Counted from the whole stretch's first letter, positions 1 to 11,481 are shown. The stretch: 59,223 nucleotides of DNA, filler included, from Asterionella formosa (GCA_002256025.1; 4 parts of 4 records of this genome joined end to end with filler, not necessarily neighbours in it), one strand, 5' to 3'. The notes: generated by a model not told the origin, from the letters alone. A program made the numbers and translations.

Positions 1-877
1 ATTTATTTATCAGTTGCTGTTCCTCCAGGCACAATCTCACATTTCTGACATTTCAATTCGACGACAACAAAAAATGTGTAGTCAGAGGTTAAGGTCGCTA
101 AGCATCAGTATTCAAAGACTTATTGTTCGATTTGGCATTTATGTTCAATTCTCGACACCATGGTATCTAGCTTCAAACGAGCATTACTGTTTTTGCAGTT
201 GCTATAACAGGGCACTAGGTTATGTTGAATAGTCTATCATACTATACCTGTTGCAACTGTTCGAAACAATCATGTGTGATACATCGACAATACCCAGTAC
301 TCCCATCAGTTATGTTTATAGATAATAAATAGAGCTAGGCTATTATAGCAGCTTCTAGAGCAGCCAGTTTTTTGCTTGTTTGATGCTTGTTTTTATTTTT
401 GCTTGGTGAGTAAGCAGCCCAAGAAGTCAGCATCGGGTTATATAAAGTAAGTCTAGTTCATACTCACATTGTCAAACTAAACACTGTCTATTATGCCATC
501 CAGCGGCTTCCAAATGGCACCACTCTGGACTCATTTGGGAGTGTGTTGTAAGTAGACCACCTCGCTATGATGGTCATGTTAGCTAAAACAAGACTTTTTA
601 CATGATACAACTGGTACACTCCATGAAGAATGCTAGAGTGTTAATGGCGCTTGTCAAATAGTCCAGTACAACGAAGGAATGCATGTCCCCCGCCAAGACA
701 ATGACTTAAGTGTTTATGTCAAGGTGATGTCATTTCTCGTACTAAGCCACCATGCGGTTTGTCTAGCACTAGAGGTACCAGGCAAAAAAATCCCTCTTGA
801 ATCAGTAAGTATTCTATCGAACTCATTTGTTTGCGATAAGTACCTATGTTGGTGATAGCGTTATGTATTGCTTCAAT

Positions 878-1830
878 TTACAAGCCACTCGAGATCCCAA
901 CATTTGCATATTCTTGATGGATCCACCACTTCTTGATAATCGGGTGAAAGAGATCATATGTCCATTTCAGATTCAAAATACATAAAAAGCCGTGGACAGG
1001 TAGGAAGATAATGGGCCAGTGCAAACAAGTTCCAGTATCGATCACGATATCTCGAGCCATGCTCAAGAAAACCATTAAAATACCCGGATAGATAATGCAT
1101 CGAATGAGAATCCAGCTGCCGTAAAAGCAGACTGAAATTAGTTCCGTAATTTGCTGGGAGACGGTGTCAGAACGTTTGTAAGCAGCTCTGCGTGCAATAA
1201 GGAACCAAGTATTGATTTCCACAGATAGACATGCTCCCATGAACCAGCGATATTGTGGCCATATCAGAGGAGCCGTTAGATAGAAGATGGCAATGAAATG
1301 ATGCTTATTAAAACACACATGTGGTAAAGAACAATGGTGAGGGTGAATACAGATGGGAACAACACAGGAAGTTGGAAAGATGTACATACCTTGATGATTG
1401 TGTCAGGACTCTTGACGCATGTAGGCACATTTGCGACCCACAGAAGATCCACAACAAAATACAACTGTGTGGCAAACCAGTACTCGATAAAAAGATCACC
1501 CGTCCAAGATTCTTCAAGCCCGTGGCCACTTTGTATTTTCCTCCAATCCCAGTTTAATATAGTTAAAAAAATGATCGGAAGCTGAATCATTCAGAGTGTG
1601 AGTCCATAGTCAAACGTACATGTGTTGTATTTGTGCCGAGCGAGACCATCAAACTGATCAATACTTACCAATGCTACAAGATTGAAGAGATCATGACGAT
1701 CCCTGGAACTGTCGGCCTCGACCGATGTTGAAGCTCCGCTATCTTCCCTTTCTACAGTCTTTCTCGGCAAAACAGGGGAAAGCGACCTGTCCTCCGGAGG
1801 CGGCGGTGATAGTCGTTGCCTAGGGGTCAT
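878..1830 (-). CDS. TLC (TRAM/LAG1/CLN8)-like multi-pass membrane protein, 3 exons (1830-1669, 1581-1390, 1303-878)
   Basis: Three overlapping minus-strand ORFs join in frame through introns with donors GTAAGT (1668) and GTATGT (1389) and acceptors CAG (1584-1582) and AAG (1306-1304). The spliced product reads ...YFVVDL...TIIK|HHFIA...VEINTWFLIARR...LNLKW, a TLC-like pattern. Confidence 0.7.
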
Positions 1831-2170
1831 TGAGTAGCTGCCGATGGTAAAGTCTTGATTCTTTGTTTCTACCTAGATCGTGTTTGAATCCCGTTCTCTT
1901 GCAGCAAACTCTTCTCTTCTCTTGTATAACGGTCTTGGGAGTTAATTCTCGAAGCAACCAAAGGAAAGCTAAGCTTATTGAGTGGCAACAACAGTGTCTT
2001 CGCGATAAGAACAATGACTATTTCCAAAAGTTTGTCTTGGCCATGTCCAAGGGTTGGTTTGATTGTGATCCCTTACGATGAAAAATATATGCCGGCATTA
2101 TATGTACCAGGGTAGTAGTATACGGGTCAATGTGTATGCCATAACTCGCCGACTAGCACTGGGCTGGTTG

Positions 2171-2270
2171 GTACCAGGTACCAGGTACCTGGCACTCCAG
2201 GTACCAGTACCACACCGGAAAAAGAAGGACCTGGTACCTGGTACAAGGTACCAGGGTACCAGTACCAGGC
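2171..2270. repeat. GGTACC(A/T) heptamer array
   Basis: Imperfect tandem GTACCAG/GGTACCT units. The same repeat occurs at about 10856-10879, 26335-26366, 32344-32365, 39930-39955, 45371-45470 and 56206-56346. Confidence 0.85.
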
Positions 2271-4807
2271 ACCCCCGGTGACCTCTCCCCCGTGGTGTGA
2301 AGAAAACTTCACACACGCATGCTCCATGTTTGTGGAGGTTTTTTGTAGTACTACCATACATGGCATACCCGGTAGGCAATTTTGCTTACCGGTTACCAGT
2401 AAATAGCCCGTTTTTAGTATGTGTGCCACAAGCATGATTCGAACACCGGTACCTATTACCGGTTGTGCTGTAAATCATGACAAAAACAAGCGAGCACGAA
2501 AATGCCTGTACTTGCTGTTGTACGTCACTTATGTAGGACCTACATCAGCTTTTGTAACACGAAAAGTGCGCACCGCCCTGTGTGTGTGCAATTGGAAAAA
2601 AGAAAGAGGAAGCATGCTGACGTACCAGGTACCTCCTGGTACCAGGCAATGTACGCACCACCACGCTCTACATACTAGCTCGACACCTCCAATCACCTCA
2701 CTCCCCCAGCTCCCTCTTGCCAATATGGCAAAAGTCGATTCACCCAAAATAGCTCTCTCCAAGATAGAGAAAACCAGCCAGCACTGCACAACTCTACTAG
2801 CTACTTTGTGGTCACTTATTTCAAGTGCTCCGACCCCCACCACACCTGCCAACATCTCCACGGTCAGTTCAGGGTGGCTCGTCCCCCCACAACAACACAA
2901 AAAAGCAACCCTGCTGATCCCCCATCCCCCTCCCCAATACAGATGGGCCAGATTTCACCCACTCTTCCGCTGCAACGAAAATCAACATCTCCTGCAACTG
3001 CTCTACTCTCAGCCTTATGAAACCACAACCCCAATCAAATTGCTTGACCTCCCTGAACCAAACACCACCATGCTCCTCCTGCAAGCTCCTTCTTCTGACT
3101 GGCTCCTCCTCTTTAGACTTTCTATGAAACAAAATATTTTGTTTCAGCCTCCATGAAATGACAGACATTGGCCACCAACATTAGATGCACTCATATTACA
3201 GCTCACATATCCTGAAACCAATCCAGTAAACTAAACCAGCCAGAGTTGGTGACAACAAGAAAATCTTTCACCACCACTCACAATCCAATTTTCGAGCTGA
3301 CACAAGAGGTGCAATCATAGAGAATTGAACCAGGAATGAAGCAACCAAAAAATTACCACTAGTATTTCCACATGAATGAGGAAGTGAGCAACAACCACCA
3401 AAACATTCCACCACCCTATATCCTTTCTGTGCCACGGAGCAAAACAACTGCAACTCTAGAAAAAGACTAATAAGAATACACTTTAAAAACGATTAAAATA
3501 TCACTGTCATGGCTATTTAATTTTTAGTTTTTTAGCTTATCAGCAGGCCGAGAACCTGGTACCCTGCTGGGACCAGTAAAAAACTGCTGGGACCATTGAG
3601 CTTTCCTATTTACTTGTTTAGTTCAACTAAACTAATTCAATGCTTCGGGAGAAACAAACTTCCAGGTCTTGTTTATCAAATGTGTCCACAGGTTTCGACC
3701 TGTTGAAGTCCTAAGATATGGACATTTTTAGATGGGCACAATTTTCTGGAAATGGGTCACAGTAGTATTTGCTTTTTTAATCTATAGTTGTATATAAGTT
3801 TATATACCATCTTGATCACGAGTTGTCCCATTTGATTTAGGCAATAACAGGAAACAGATGAAATAGTTATATGATATGAATAATATACCAAATAAATCGA
3901 ATGTGTATATAGCTACTAGCTACATATATGATATGACAAGAATAAAATCAAAACATGGGGTAATTCGTGTTCTTGCCAAATTTTCGTTGATAGAACTTTT
4001 CAACAAATATTTTACGACAAACCAATGGATAAAAACTTAAATCTAATGGCGTAGCCTGAAAGCGTACATGCTCGGGATTGGGGTCACTGTTTCAAAATTA
4101 ACAAATCGGCATTTGGCAGGATGAAACGTTTTTTCTCCCTGTCAGTGGGTCGCAGCAGTTACAATTTTTTTGGGGTCACAGCCGCAGCTTTAATGGGACC
4201 AACCACCAGGTATCTGGTATGCATATGGTACCAGGTACCGCAGGTTGCGGTCTTTTTTCTGCAACGGACAGCATGATGCCGGAGAGGCTTTTTATCATCA
4301 TAAATAAAGACCATCATCAATTCATCATTGTTTGAAATCGACTGTTTTTATCATGAATTAATGATGTAGAACTTATGCTTTACTTTCTTCCATATAAGAA
4401 AACATCAAAACATTGATAAATGGCAAAAAAGAAAATGACAATGTCCATAAGCAAAATAATTCAAAACAAAATTTCCCTGATTGTCAGGATAAAAGTAAGT
4501 GCTTGTTTTTATTGTGAATTTAAAAAACAGTGAATTGTAAGTTATGAGCTTAAAGATGCATAAGTTCATCTATATTGGCTCATGGTTATTAAGAATCACT
4601 GGGGACTCACAAAGATCATAATGGGAAGGTTCCCATCACATACTAGGTGTCAAGAGTACTAGTAGGAATTTCTTGAAGCAGTCTGGGTCCGTGAGCTCTA
4701 TACTTAGTAATAGAATTTAGCCTAGAATTTTTGTTGTTTAATCTACAGGTAGTACATATGCAACAATAGTTATGACTTAGTCATATTTAGGTTGTTTGCA
4801 CTTGAAT

Positions 4808-5560
4808 CATGTGTTCCCTCCGCCTCTGTTCTGGTATAGTTGCAATGTGCTCGTCAGCAACTAATCCAGTTCGATCCAAGTACTTTCAAGAACCCCGCTG
4901 TAGAAGCAATATGCATTTTCTACACGAAAAGATGCAGGCGACAGGGCCTCAATTAGATTTGTATATTTTGGCGAGTAAAACGCGAAATAGCAATACATGT
5001 GGATCACTTAGGGCTACGGATTTTTGTTGGCCAGCTTATTTACTTGTTTTGGCCTGTGCCCTATCGACCATTAATACCAAAGAGAAATGGCTACTAAATA
5101 AGTTAACGAGCACGCGTTTCTGGACAAGAAAAAATTTTGTTCTATAGACGTCAAAATACTATAGTTTAGTTTTGTGCACGCCTGGCTGGATTTATGACAT
5201 GCTGGCCATCTGCCCATGTCGACAGTCTCATCAGCCTCGCTTTTGAGGTTGCGAAGCAAGCAATCAATAAAGTATTGTAGCTGTTCTGGTGTTAAATCCA
5301 TCATCAACTGACTGTTGGTTAGCGAAGGCAGGGTCAACAAAAAGGGGGTCTGGAGCATTACGAGAAATGCGCAAAAAAATCGAGGTCAGTCCCCTATTTC
5401 CTCTAGAATGCGTGGGAAATATTTTTACCATTCCATTTGGAATAAATTTTTATTATGAAGGGCTGTTAGCCTGAGAATGGTTGGAACTTTTGCTTCATGA
5501 AAGCTCACATTATCAAAGTTGGTAGATTCTATACCAGAACAGAGGTAGTATGTACTAGTT
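4808..5560. repeat. Dispersed repeat family copy A (probable decayed transposable element)
   Basis: Shares colinear blocks with 22559-23360 and 10365-10545, e.g. CTGTAGAAGCAA..TGCATTT.CTAC, GGGTCAAC..AAAAGGGGG.TCTGGAG and CCATTC..TTTGGAATAA. Confidence 0.7.
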
Positions 5561-6038
5561 ATGAATTGCATGCAAACCTGGAGATTTCTGGAATAAGGAA
5601 TCTTGACACTCAGAACTACAATTGGGGGGGAACCCCATCCCCCCCCCATTGTAGAAAGGTTCCTCAGGATATCGTTTTTCAGATCATTTTTCTTTGAACT
5701 TGATTTTGATTTATGTATTGAAATTAATTGGGCAGGCACAGATTTTAAAGATATTCCTAATGTTGTTCTAATTTTACCATTGAAGTTGAATTTGAGTGTC
5801 TGTCTGGCACCACATTGTACTGCAAGTAAAATGCAGAAAGTTGAAGCAACAACAGGCAGGCCACATCGTCCCCCATCACAAGCAAAGTAGACTATGAAGG
5901 TAAGCACACAACTACAAGAACAAAGACATTAAGGAAGGAGCCTAAGGTGCAAATGCTTCCTATGAATACGAGTTCAAATCTCAAATGTGTACTTTGTTGT
6001 CCATCGAAAAGGGCGGGATATAGTTAAGCAAATCACCG

Positions 6039-8231
6039 TTATAAAAACTCAGAAAACTGGTGTTCGAGATGTTTGCATAAAGCCTCCCTGTTACCGTCTG
6101 GATGCGCGGTCATCCAGTCCTCTTGCTCATCCATCACTTCTCTGAAGACTGGCCCGCGTGGAAGTTTTGGTAAAATATTCTTCTTGATTTCCTCACCGTC
6201 CAGCAACGGTTTTCTGTCCCAAATACCTATTAGGCCAAGTTTCTGAAGAGCACAAGCAAAAACATCATATCTGTCGACCACTCCTTGATGAAGCTCCTCT
6301 TGACTTTCACTGTAGAAGTCCCCTTCGATCGCATAATCTGCCAGTGTCTCGCAAGATTGAAGCTGCTCACACAGCGAGAGGACAAGTGCTGGGCGCCAAA
6401 GCGAACCTATTCGCTGCAGCACTTTGGATGTCAGAAGGCGGAACTCCATCGCGTGTTCCCACAATGGGTCGTCTTCTGACTCGCAATTGACAAGTTTACC
6501 TTGCATCTTGCATATCAATTGCTGGCTTAACGCATCGTGATTTGCATCCTTTGTGTGACACACTTCTATCCCTGATAAAAGAATAGATTGGGCGGACAGG
6601 TCGCACCCACTGTTGAGAAGTTGGGTAAAGTCATCTGCTGCCTTCATAATTTTGCAAACAGACTCAGCGTCACGAGTTGGTCGTTTTAAAGCCTCCACGA
6701 GAAGCTTCGAAACTAGAGATCGATTCGCTTTCTTTCCCTTATTGGGACTGCTCATATTTTCATCAAAAAGTTTCGCATTATCCATGAGCGGCTTCAAGAA
6801 TGCGGAATACCATAACAGTCGCCTCGATTCTTCATTATTTAAAAGAGTGTCTTCCTCAAAGCCATGGGTCGTGCGAGCTAACTTGGACTCACACCAAATG
6901 GGCGGGTCAACCTTGCAATCACACAAATGATCATGGGTCGTGGATATTAGATCAAGTCCCTTAGTGAACAATGAGCGTTCAGCTGGACTTTTGTTGGGTA
7001 AAACATTGCCGACGGCAAACACAGTCTCGACCAAATTGAGATTTATAAGAAGTCGCATAGCTCCGACAGGGTCAGGCGATCTGAGCATCAAATCCACTTC
7101 TCCTCCAACTCGTTCTCGCGAAACCTTTTGGGCCAATGCGTCGCGCACTCGGTCATCCATGGCAGCCTTGACAAGCGCTTCATCCATAGTAAATCGCAAG
7201 CGCGACGCAAAACGTACTGATCTCAAAACACGCAAGGGATCATCCATGAAGGTGGTCAGCGGAGCCAATGGCGTTGATATGACACCTCGTCGAAGGTCAT
7301 GGAACCCTCGTCCCGTGAAATCTTCTACTTGATGAGTATTGATATTGTAGAAAAGTGCGTTAATGGTGAGATCTCTTCGATATGCATCTTCAGCCGCAGT
7401 GCCAATTCTCATGAGATCGGGAATACGGCTATCTTGCGTATACTCTTCTGCGCGCAAGTTGACAAAATCAATCCAGAAACTTCCAACCTTCATTGTAGCT
7501 GTTTCCAAGTGCTTAGATTTTTCTGGGTTCTTCAGCACAACCCCGACAGAGACAGTCTTTTGACCCTGCCTAGTGAGATAATCATTGAGATGGTCGGCAA
7601 ACTCTCTTCCAAGCATATCATCCAATGCAATATCAATGTCCACTGGTTGGTTAATGTCTTCAACGACTACTTTGGTGCCCTGGCGCCCCATGGATGCTTG
7701 TGTTGATTTCTTGAACTTGGACGTCAGCCGCTGTTCAGCTGTGGAAAGATTCCTCTGAAACTCCGGTGATGCCAAGAGCTTGTCTCGGACCCATCCACCG
7801 GCCACCCGAAGCGTTGATTTGAGTCCTGTCTTGCCTGTAACTTGTCGTAGTAGTTCAAATAGTTCTGCTTCATCCTCTGTCAGGTTTATTCGAGGGCCAG
7901 TCGACTTGTTTACGTTGATTGAATCGTCATTGTTCCCATCCGATGAATCGTGTCCTTTTAGTGGCATGGATCCTATCAAGGTAGATGTTCCAATAATGTC
8001 AGAGCTACAAGAAAAGAATCTGAGTTCTCTGGAATCTGTTGCCATCATGGAAGGCATCAGCATTCTTCGTCTGGACAAGGCTCTTTGTGCCACTGAAAGC
8101 CTTGCAGATGGGATTGGTAAAAGACCACGAACCAAGGCACCATTGCCAGTAAAGAGGACGGAAGCCAGCATGATTCTACCACTCAGTTGCTTTCTCTGAT
8201 AGGTAGCGTCGATTCTTCGCCGCTGCGACAT
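6039..8231 (-). CDS. CCA1: CCA tRNA nucleotidyltransferase (class II CCA-adding enzyme / poly(A) polymerase family)
   Basis: Motifs LRVAGGWVRDKLL, DIDIALD, DFVNLRAEEY..DSRIP, DAYRRDLTINALFYN, DDPLRVLR and VSRERVG. First in-frame ATG is at 8231, with alternatives at 8171 and 8063-8045. Confidence 0.92.
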   Translation of the reverse strand: MSQRRRIDATYQRKQLSGRIMLASVLFTGNGALVRGLLPIPSARLSVAQRALSRRRMLMPSMMATDSRELRFFSCSSDIIGTSTLIGSMPLKGHDSSDGNNDDSINVNKSTGPRINLTEDEAELFELLRQVTGKTGLKSTLRVAGGWVRDKLLASPEFQRNLSTAEQRLTSKFKKSTQASMGRQGTKVVVEDINQPVDIDIALDDMLGREFADHLNDYLTRQGQKTVSVGVVLKNPEKSKHLETATMKVGSFWIDFVNLRAEEYTQDSRIPDLMRIGTAAEDAYRRDLTINALFYNINTHQVEDFTGRGFHDLRRGVISTPLAPLTTFMDDPLRVLRSVRFASRLRFTMDEALVKAAMDDRVRDALAQKVSRERVGGEVDLMLRSPDPVGAMRLLINLNLVETVFAVGNVLPNKSPAERSLFTKGLDLISTTHDHLCDCKVDPPIWCESKLARTTHGFEEDTLLNNEESRRLLWYSAFLKPLMDNAKLFDENMSSPNKGKKANRSLVSKLLVEALKRPTRDAESVCKIMKAADDFTQLLNSGCDLSAQSILLSGIEVCHTKDANHDALSQQLICKMQGKLVNCESEDDPLWEHAMEFRLLTSKVLQRIGSLWRPALVLSLCEQLQSCETLADYAIEGDFYSESQEELHQGVVDRYDVFACALQKLGLIGIWDRKPLLDGEEIKKNILPKLPRGPVFREVMDEQEDWMTAHPDGNREALCKHLEHQFSEFL

Positions 8232-8993
8232 GAGTATTTGTCTCGATAGCAATAGCAGCGCACAACTTGGAAGGTATTGATCGTTGCTGTTTGCAAGCAG
8301 TCCGGGTTCAGAGTTAATCTTTTGTCGTTGAAAGTAATTGTGGCACACGGAATGTACTCTTTGATTCCACAACGATGTCGTTGATTGAAAATGCTGCAGG
8401 CGTTTTTGTTGCAGTTGCTCGCGATGTTTCTACCTTTGAGCAGATTGTAGTCTGCAAATGCCTCGGTCCGAATGAAGTCAACACGATTATTACTCACAGT
8501 GCAGAAGAGGCCAAACTAAAAAGTAACTCCGTGCGATCTGTTCGCTTGCCGTATTTCTTACTCCACCATGAGAAATGGAGCTACAATTACTTCAATTATG
8601 CGTACGTTGTGATCGATGAGTACGCCGTCAAAACGAATCCCCTGCAGGNNNNNNNNNNNNNNNNNNNNNNNNNNNNNNNNNNNNNNNNNNNNNNNNNNNN
8701 NNNNNNNNNNNNNNNNNNNNNNNNNNNNNNNNNNNNNNNNNNNNNNNNNNNNNNNNNNNNNNNNNNNNNNNNNNNNNNNNNNNNNNNNNNNNNNNNNNNN
8801 NNNNNNNNNNNNNNNNNNNNNNNNNNNNNNNNNNNNNNNNNNNNNNNNNNNNNNNNNNNNNNNNNNNNNNNNNNNGGGTACACACAAATACCGGTAACAA
8901 TATTCTTACGCATGCATCTGAGGGAGAGATACTGTACTGTCAGCGACGATGGTGGTAGGTTGGAAAAGTTCTGTGATGAGACCTTTGATAGAC

Positions 8994-9000
8994 TATAAAT
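8994..9000 (+). promoter_or_regulatory. TATA-like box upstream of the candidate permuted tRNA
   Basis: TATAAAT lies about 25-30 nt before the inferred leader (about 9025). Function is inferred only. Confidence 0.4.
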
Positions 9001-9041
9001 AATTAGAAATCACCAGGTTTGGATGACGTGTCTATAAAGAC

Positions 9042-9129
9042 AGCCCAAGGTCGAGGGTTCAAACCCCTCCTCGAGCATGCTTCTCCTACGCTGCTCTTGT
9101 AACTCAGTGGTCAGAGTGTGGGTCTTATG
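9042..9129 (+). tRNA. Candidate circularly permuted tRNA-Ile(UAU): 3' half 9042-9077, 15-nt spacer, 5' half 9093-9129
   Basis: The rejoined halves give a 73-nt cloverleaf. D stem ACTC/GAGT, anticodon stem TGGGT/GCCCA, loop CT-TAT-GA, T arm GAGGG-TTCAAAC-CCCTC, acceptor GCTCTTG/CTCGAGC (5 of 7 paired), discriminator A. Confidence 0.75.
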
Positions 9130-9131
9130 AA

Positions 9132-9232
9132 AGCACGGCGAGAAATGTTTTTTACTTTTTTCCCACAATTTTTTCCAGATATTTTTAGCACGGCGAGAAA
9201 TGTTTTTTACTTTTTTCCCACAATTTTTTCCA
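9132..9232 (+). repeat. 55-nt-period tandem duplication containing oligo-T runs
   Basis: AGCACGGCGAGAAATGTTTTTTACTTTTTTCCCACAATTTTTTCCA occurs at 9132 and 9187, with a degenerate third unit near 9280-9317. Confidence 0.85.
9148..9153 (+). terminator. Pol III oligo-T terminator
   Basis: TTTTTT 18 nt after the tRNA 5' half, followed by further T runs. Confidence 0.55.
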
Positions 9233-10364
9233 TGTATTTTCTCCGGCGGTCTCTGCATATGGGTACAACATCATGGCATGCAGCACTTTTTACTATTTTC
9301 ACACAATTTTTTTCCAATATTTCCAAGCGTCTCTTCGTAACTTCAAGTATTGGTAGAGGGATGGTGGGTGGGTCATTTTATTTCTCAATTTTGCTTGATG
9401 GGGGACAGTAGCCTACCTTGTACCTGGTACACAGAAATTTCCTCAGGTGTTTTTCCACATTGCTTGAGTGTTGCATCATATGTGTGGAAAAGAAGCCAAA
9501 TGCAATTAGTTTACACTTTCTGTTAACTACCACTAATAGCCAACTTCAAGTAAATCAATAGTACAGTAAGGAAGCTATGAATAAGCTGCATGCACATTAT
9601 GCATCATTATTCACTAGTAGCTTGCTCGTTGCTACTACAAAAACTTAGCAAAGATTTATACTTGACATGATTTCCATTTGTTTGACTGACAAGCACAAAG
9701 GAGAACTAGAATGAATGATTGCAGTTGCTTCAATCTCAACAACATGCTTCCATGAACAACAATTACTGCGTATGCAGAAGCCTGCTGCTCTTACTATACT
9801 GATCTGTAAATGGATAGTCTCAACCATATAAACCAATAATTATGAGTGAGAAACACTACTGCTGGTAACCTATTATACTCATACAGGAATTACTGCACAA
9901 AGTCTGCAGAAGTCGTCAAATTCCAATTATGTACTGCAGCATTTACATTTTTATTTTTTGCTACTATGGAAGCATCCTCTATGTATCATTCTCTCATTTG
10001 TATCAAGCAATTATGAGAAATAACTAGTCTATTCTGGAGAATTTCTCCAGTTATGAATGTTTCCAATGTAAATGTTGGATAATCCTTTCTCACCCTCTAG
10101 AACTACTTGTTGCTACATAGAATATCCTCACCTGCAAGTTTGACTTGAAATGTATCAGTTGTAGTGGGTTAGTCTCAGATCTCCTGCAGACCCTATTGTC
10201 ATGAATTTTTCTTCTCTACTTCTTAGCTTGTCAGGCTCAGGCTGCCTACACCAAAACCCAATTCATGTGAATAGACTCCTCCTAGAAGCCAGAGTTATAA
10301 TGATTACTGAAACATAGTAAGCAAGTGTTCAAGTAAGTACTTGTAGCTATACCAGTAGTCGAAC

Positions 10365-10545
10365 ATGATGTACTCCCTCTGTTCATGTGTAGTTGCAACC
10401 AGCTAAGCAACTAATCTGGCTCATTTATCTTCCTTAAAGAATCCACTGTAGAAGCAATGTGCATTTTCTACGTGAGACAATGCATGCGACTGGTGCATCA
10501 GCTAGGTAGGTATATTTAGGCAAGTTATAATGCTAAATATAATTA
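10365..10545. repeat. Dispersed repeat family copy B (short fragment)
   Basis: ATGATGTACTCCCTCTGTTCA matches 22560. CTGTAGAAGCAA at 10446 matches 4898 and 22654. Confidence 0.7.
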
Positions 10546-11023
10546 GCAAATCAGAGCTTTTCTCGCTTCATGATAGCTCCTGCCAAAACAATTTTTGTTG
10601 CAACTAATACTGTTCGTCTATTCATATACTACCTTTACACAAAAATGAACGGAGGGAGTGTTGGGAGTAGATGATAGATTTACCGGTACACTACCGGCAC
10701 CGTTACACGGCTCTACCAGGTAGTCTTCCAATAAAATAAATAGGACAATGAAAAATATATGCAACTCCTACATCAAATAAACTGATACTCTTCTATGTTA
10801 ATAATCTATTTACACCACTCCTGCAAAGTACAGCACCATTCCGTTACCAGGCATGGTACCGGTACCTGGTACCTGGTACTATACCATCTTAATAACATAT
10901 GGCGGATACTGGTAGATACCGACATTTTCGATGGTGCAGCCCCACGCATTCAAGCAACTCGCTCCGGTATTAATCTGGACATGATACATTGACAAAGTTG
11001 TTTACGCTCACTTCTTTTTCTTA

Positions 11024-11481
11024 ATGGTAAGTTGTAACAATAAAGAATGCAGTGTGAAGATCTGCAATCGAAATTGAAAGGACTGAAGCGCAGAGGGGAT
11101 TGTCAATTGCATGAACAGAATCCCGGAATCGTTCACATTGCTGGTATCTGCAACCGTGTGTCATGCCCTCACATACACTCCCGGATTTCCTTGTCTCAGA
11201 TTTTTTATTCATTCTTCAAGACTCTGGTTGGAAAGGAGATTGCCGTGGAACTGAAAAATGATGTTGTCTTGACAGGGACTTTACACAGTGTAGATCAATA
11301 CCTAAATATCAAATTGTTGAATATCAAGGTCGTCACCCCAGAGAAATATCCACAGCTTTGTGCACTGCAGAACTGCTTTGTCCGAGGATCTGTCGTAAGG
11401 TACATTCAAATTCCACCAGAGTACGTTGACACAGAGCTGTTGCAAGATGCAGCGAGGAAGGAAAATGCTGCAAAAAAGTAA
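11024..11481 (+). CDS. LSM2: U6 snRNA-associated Sm-like protein LSm2 (coding exon 1 = ATG 11024-11026; exon 2 = 11200-11481)
   Basis: M|IFYSFFKTLVGKEIAVELKND...GTLHSVDQYLNIKL...NCFVRGSVVRYI...LLQDAARKE. Intron GTAAGT...TCTCAG at 11027-11199. Confidence 0.93.

Noticed and set aside
2419..3156. 245-aa plus-strand ORF
   Set aside because: Non-ATG start, low-complexity C/A-rich sequence and no recognisable motif. Likely decayed repeat.
8375..8998. ORFs spanning N gaps (also 27239-28122)
   Set aside because: They are open only because Ns translate as X.
9132..9232. CRISPR-like repeat-spacer array (also considered for 35575-35699 and 58387-58627)
   Set aside because: Only two or three adjacent units, no unique spacers of proper length, no cas genes, eukaryotic context.
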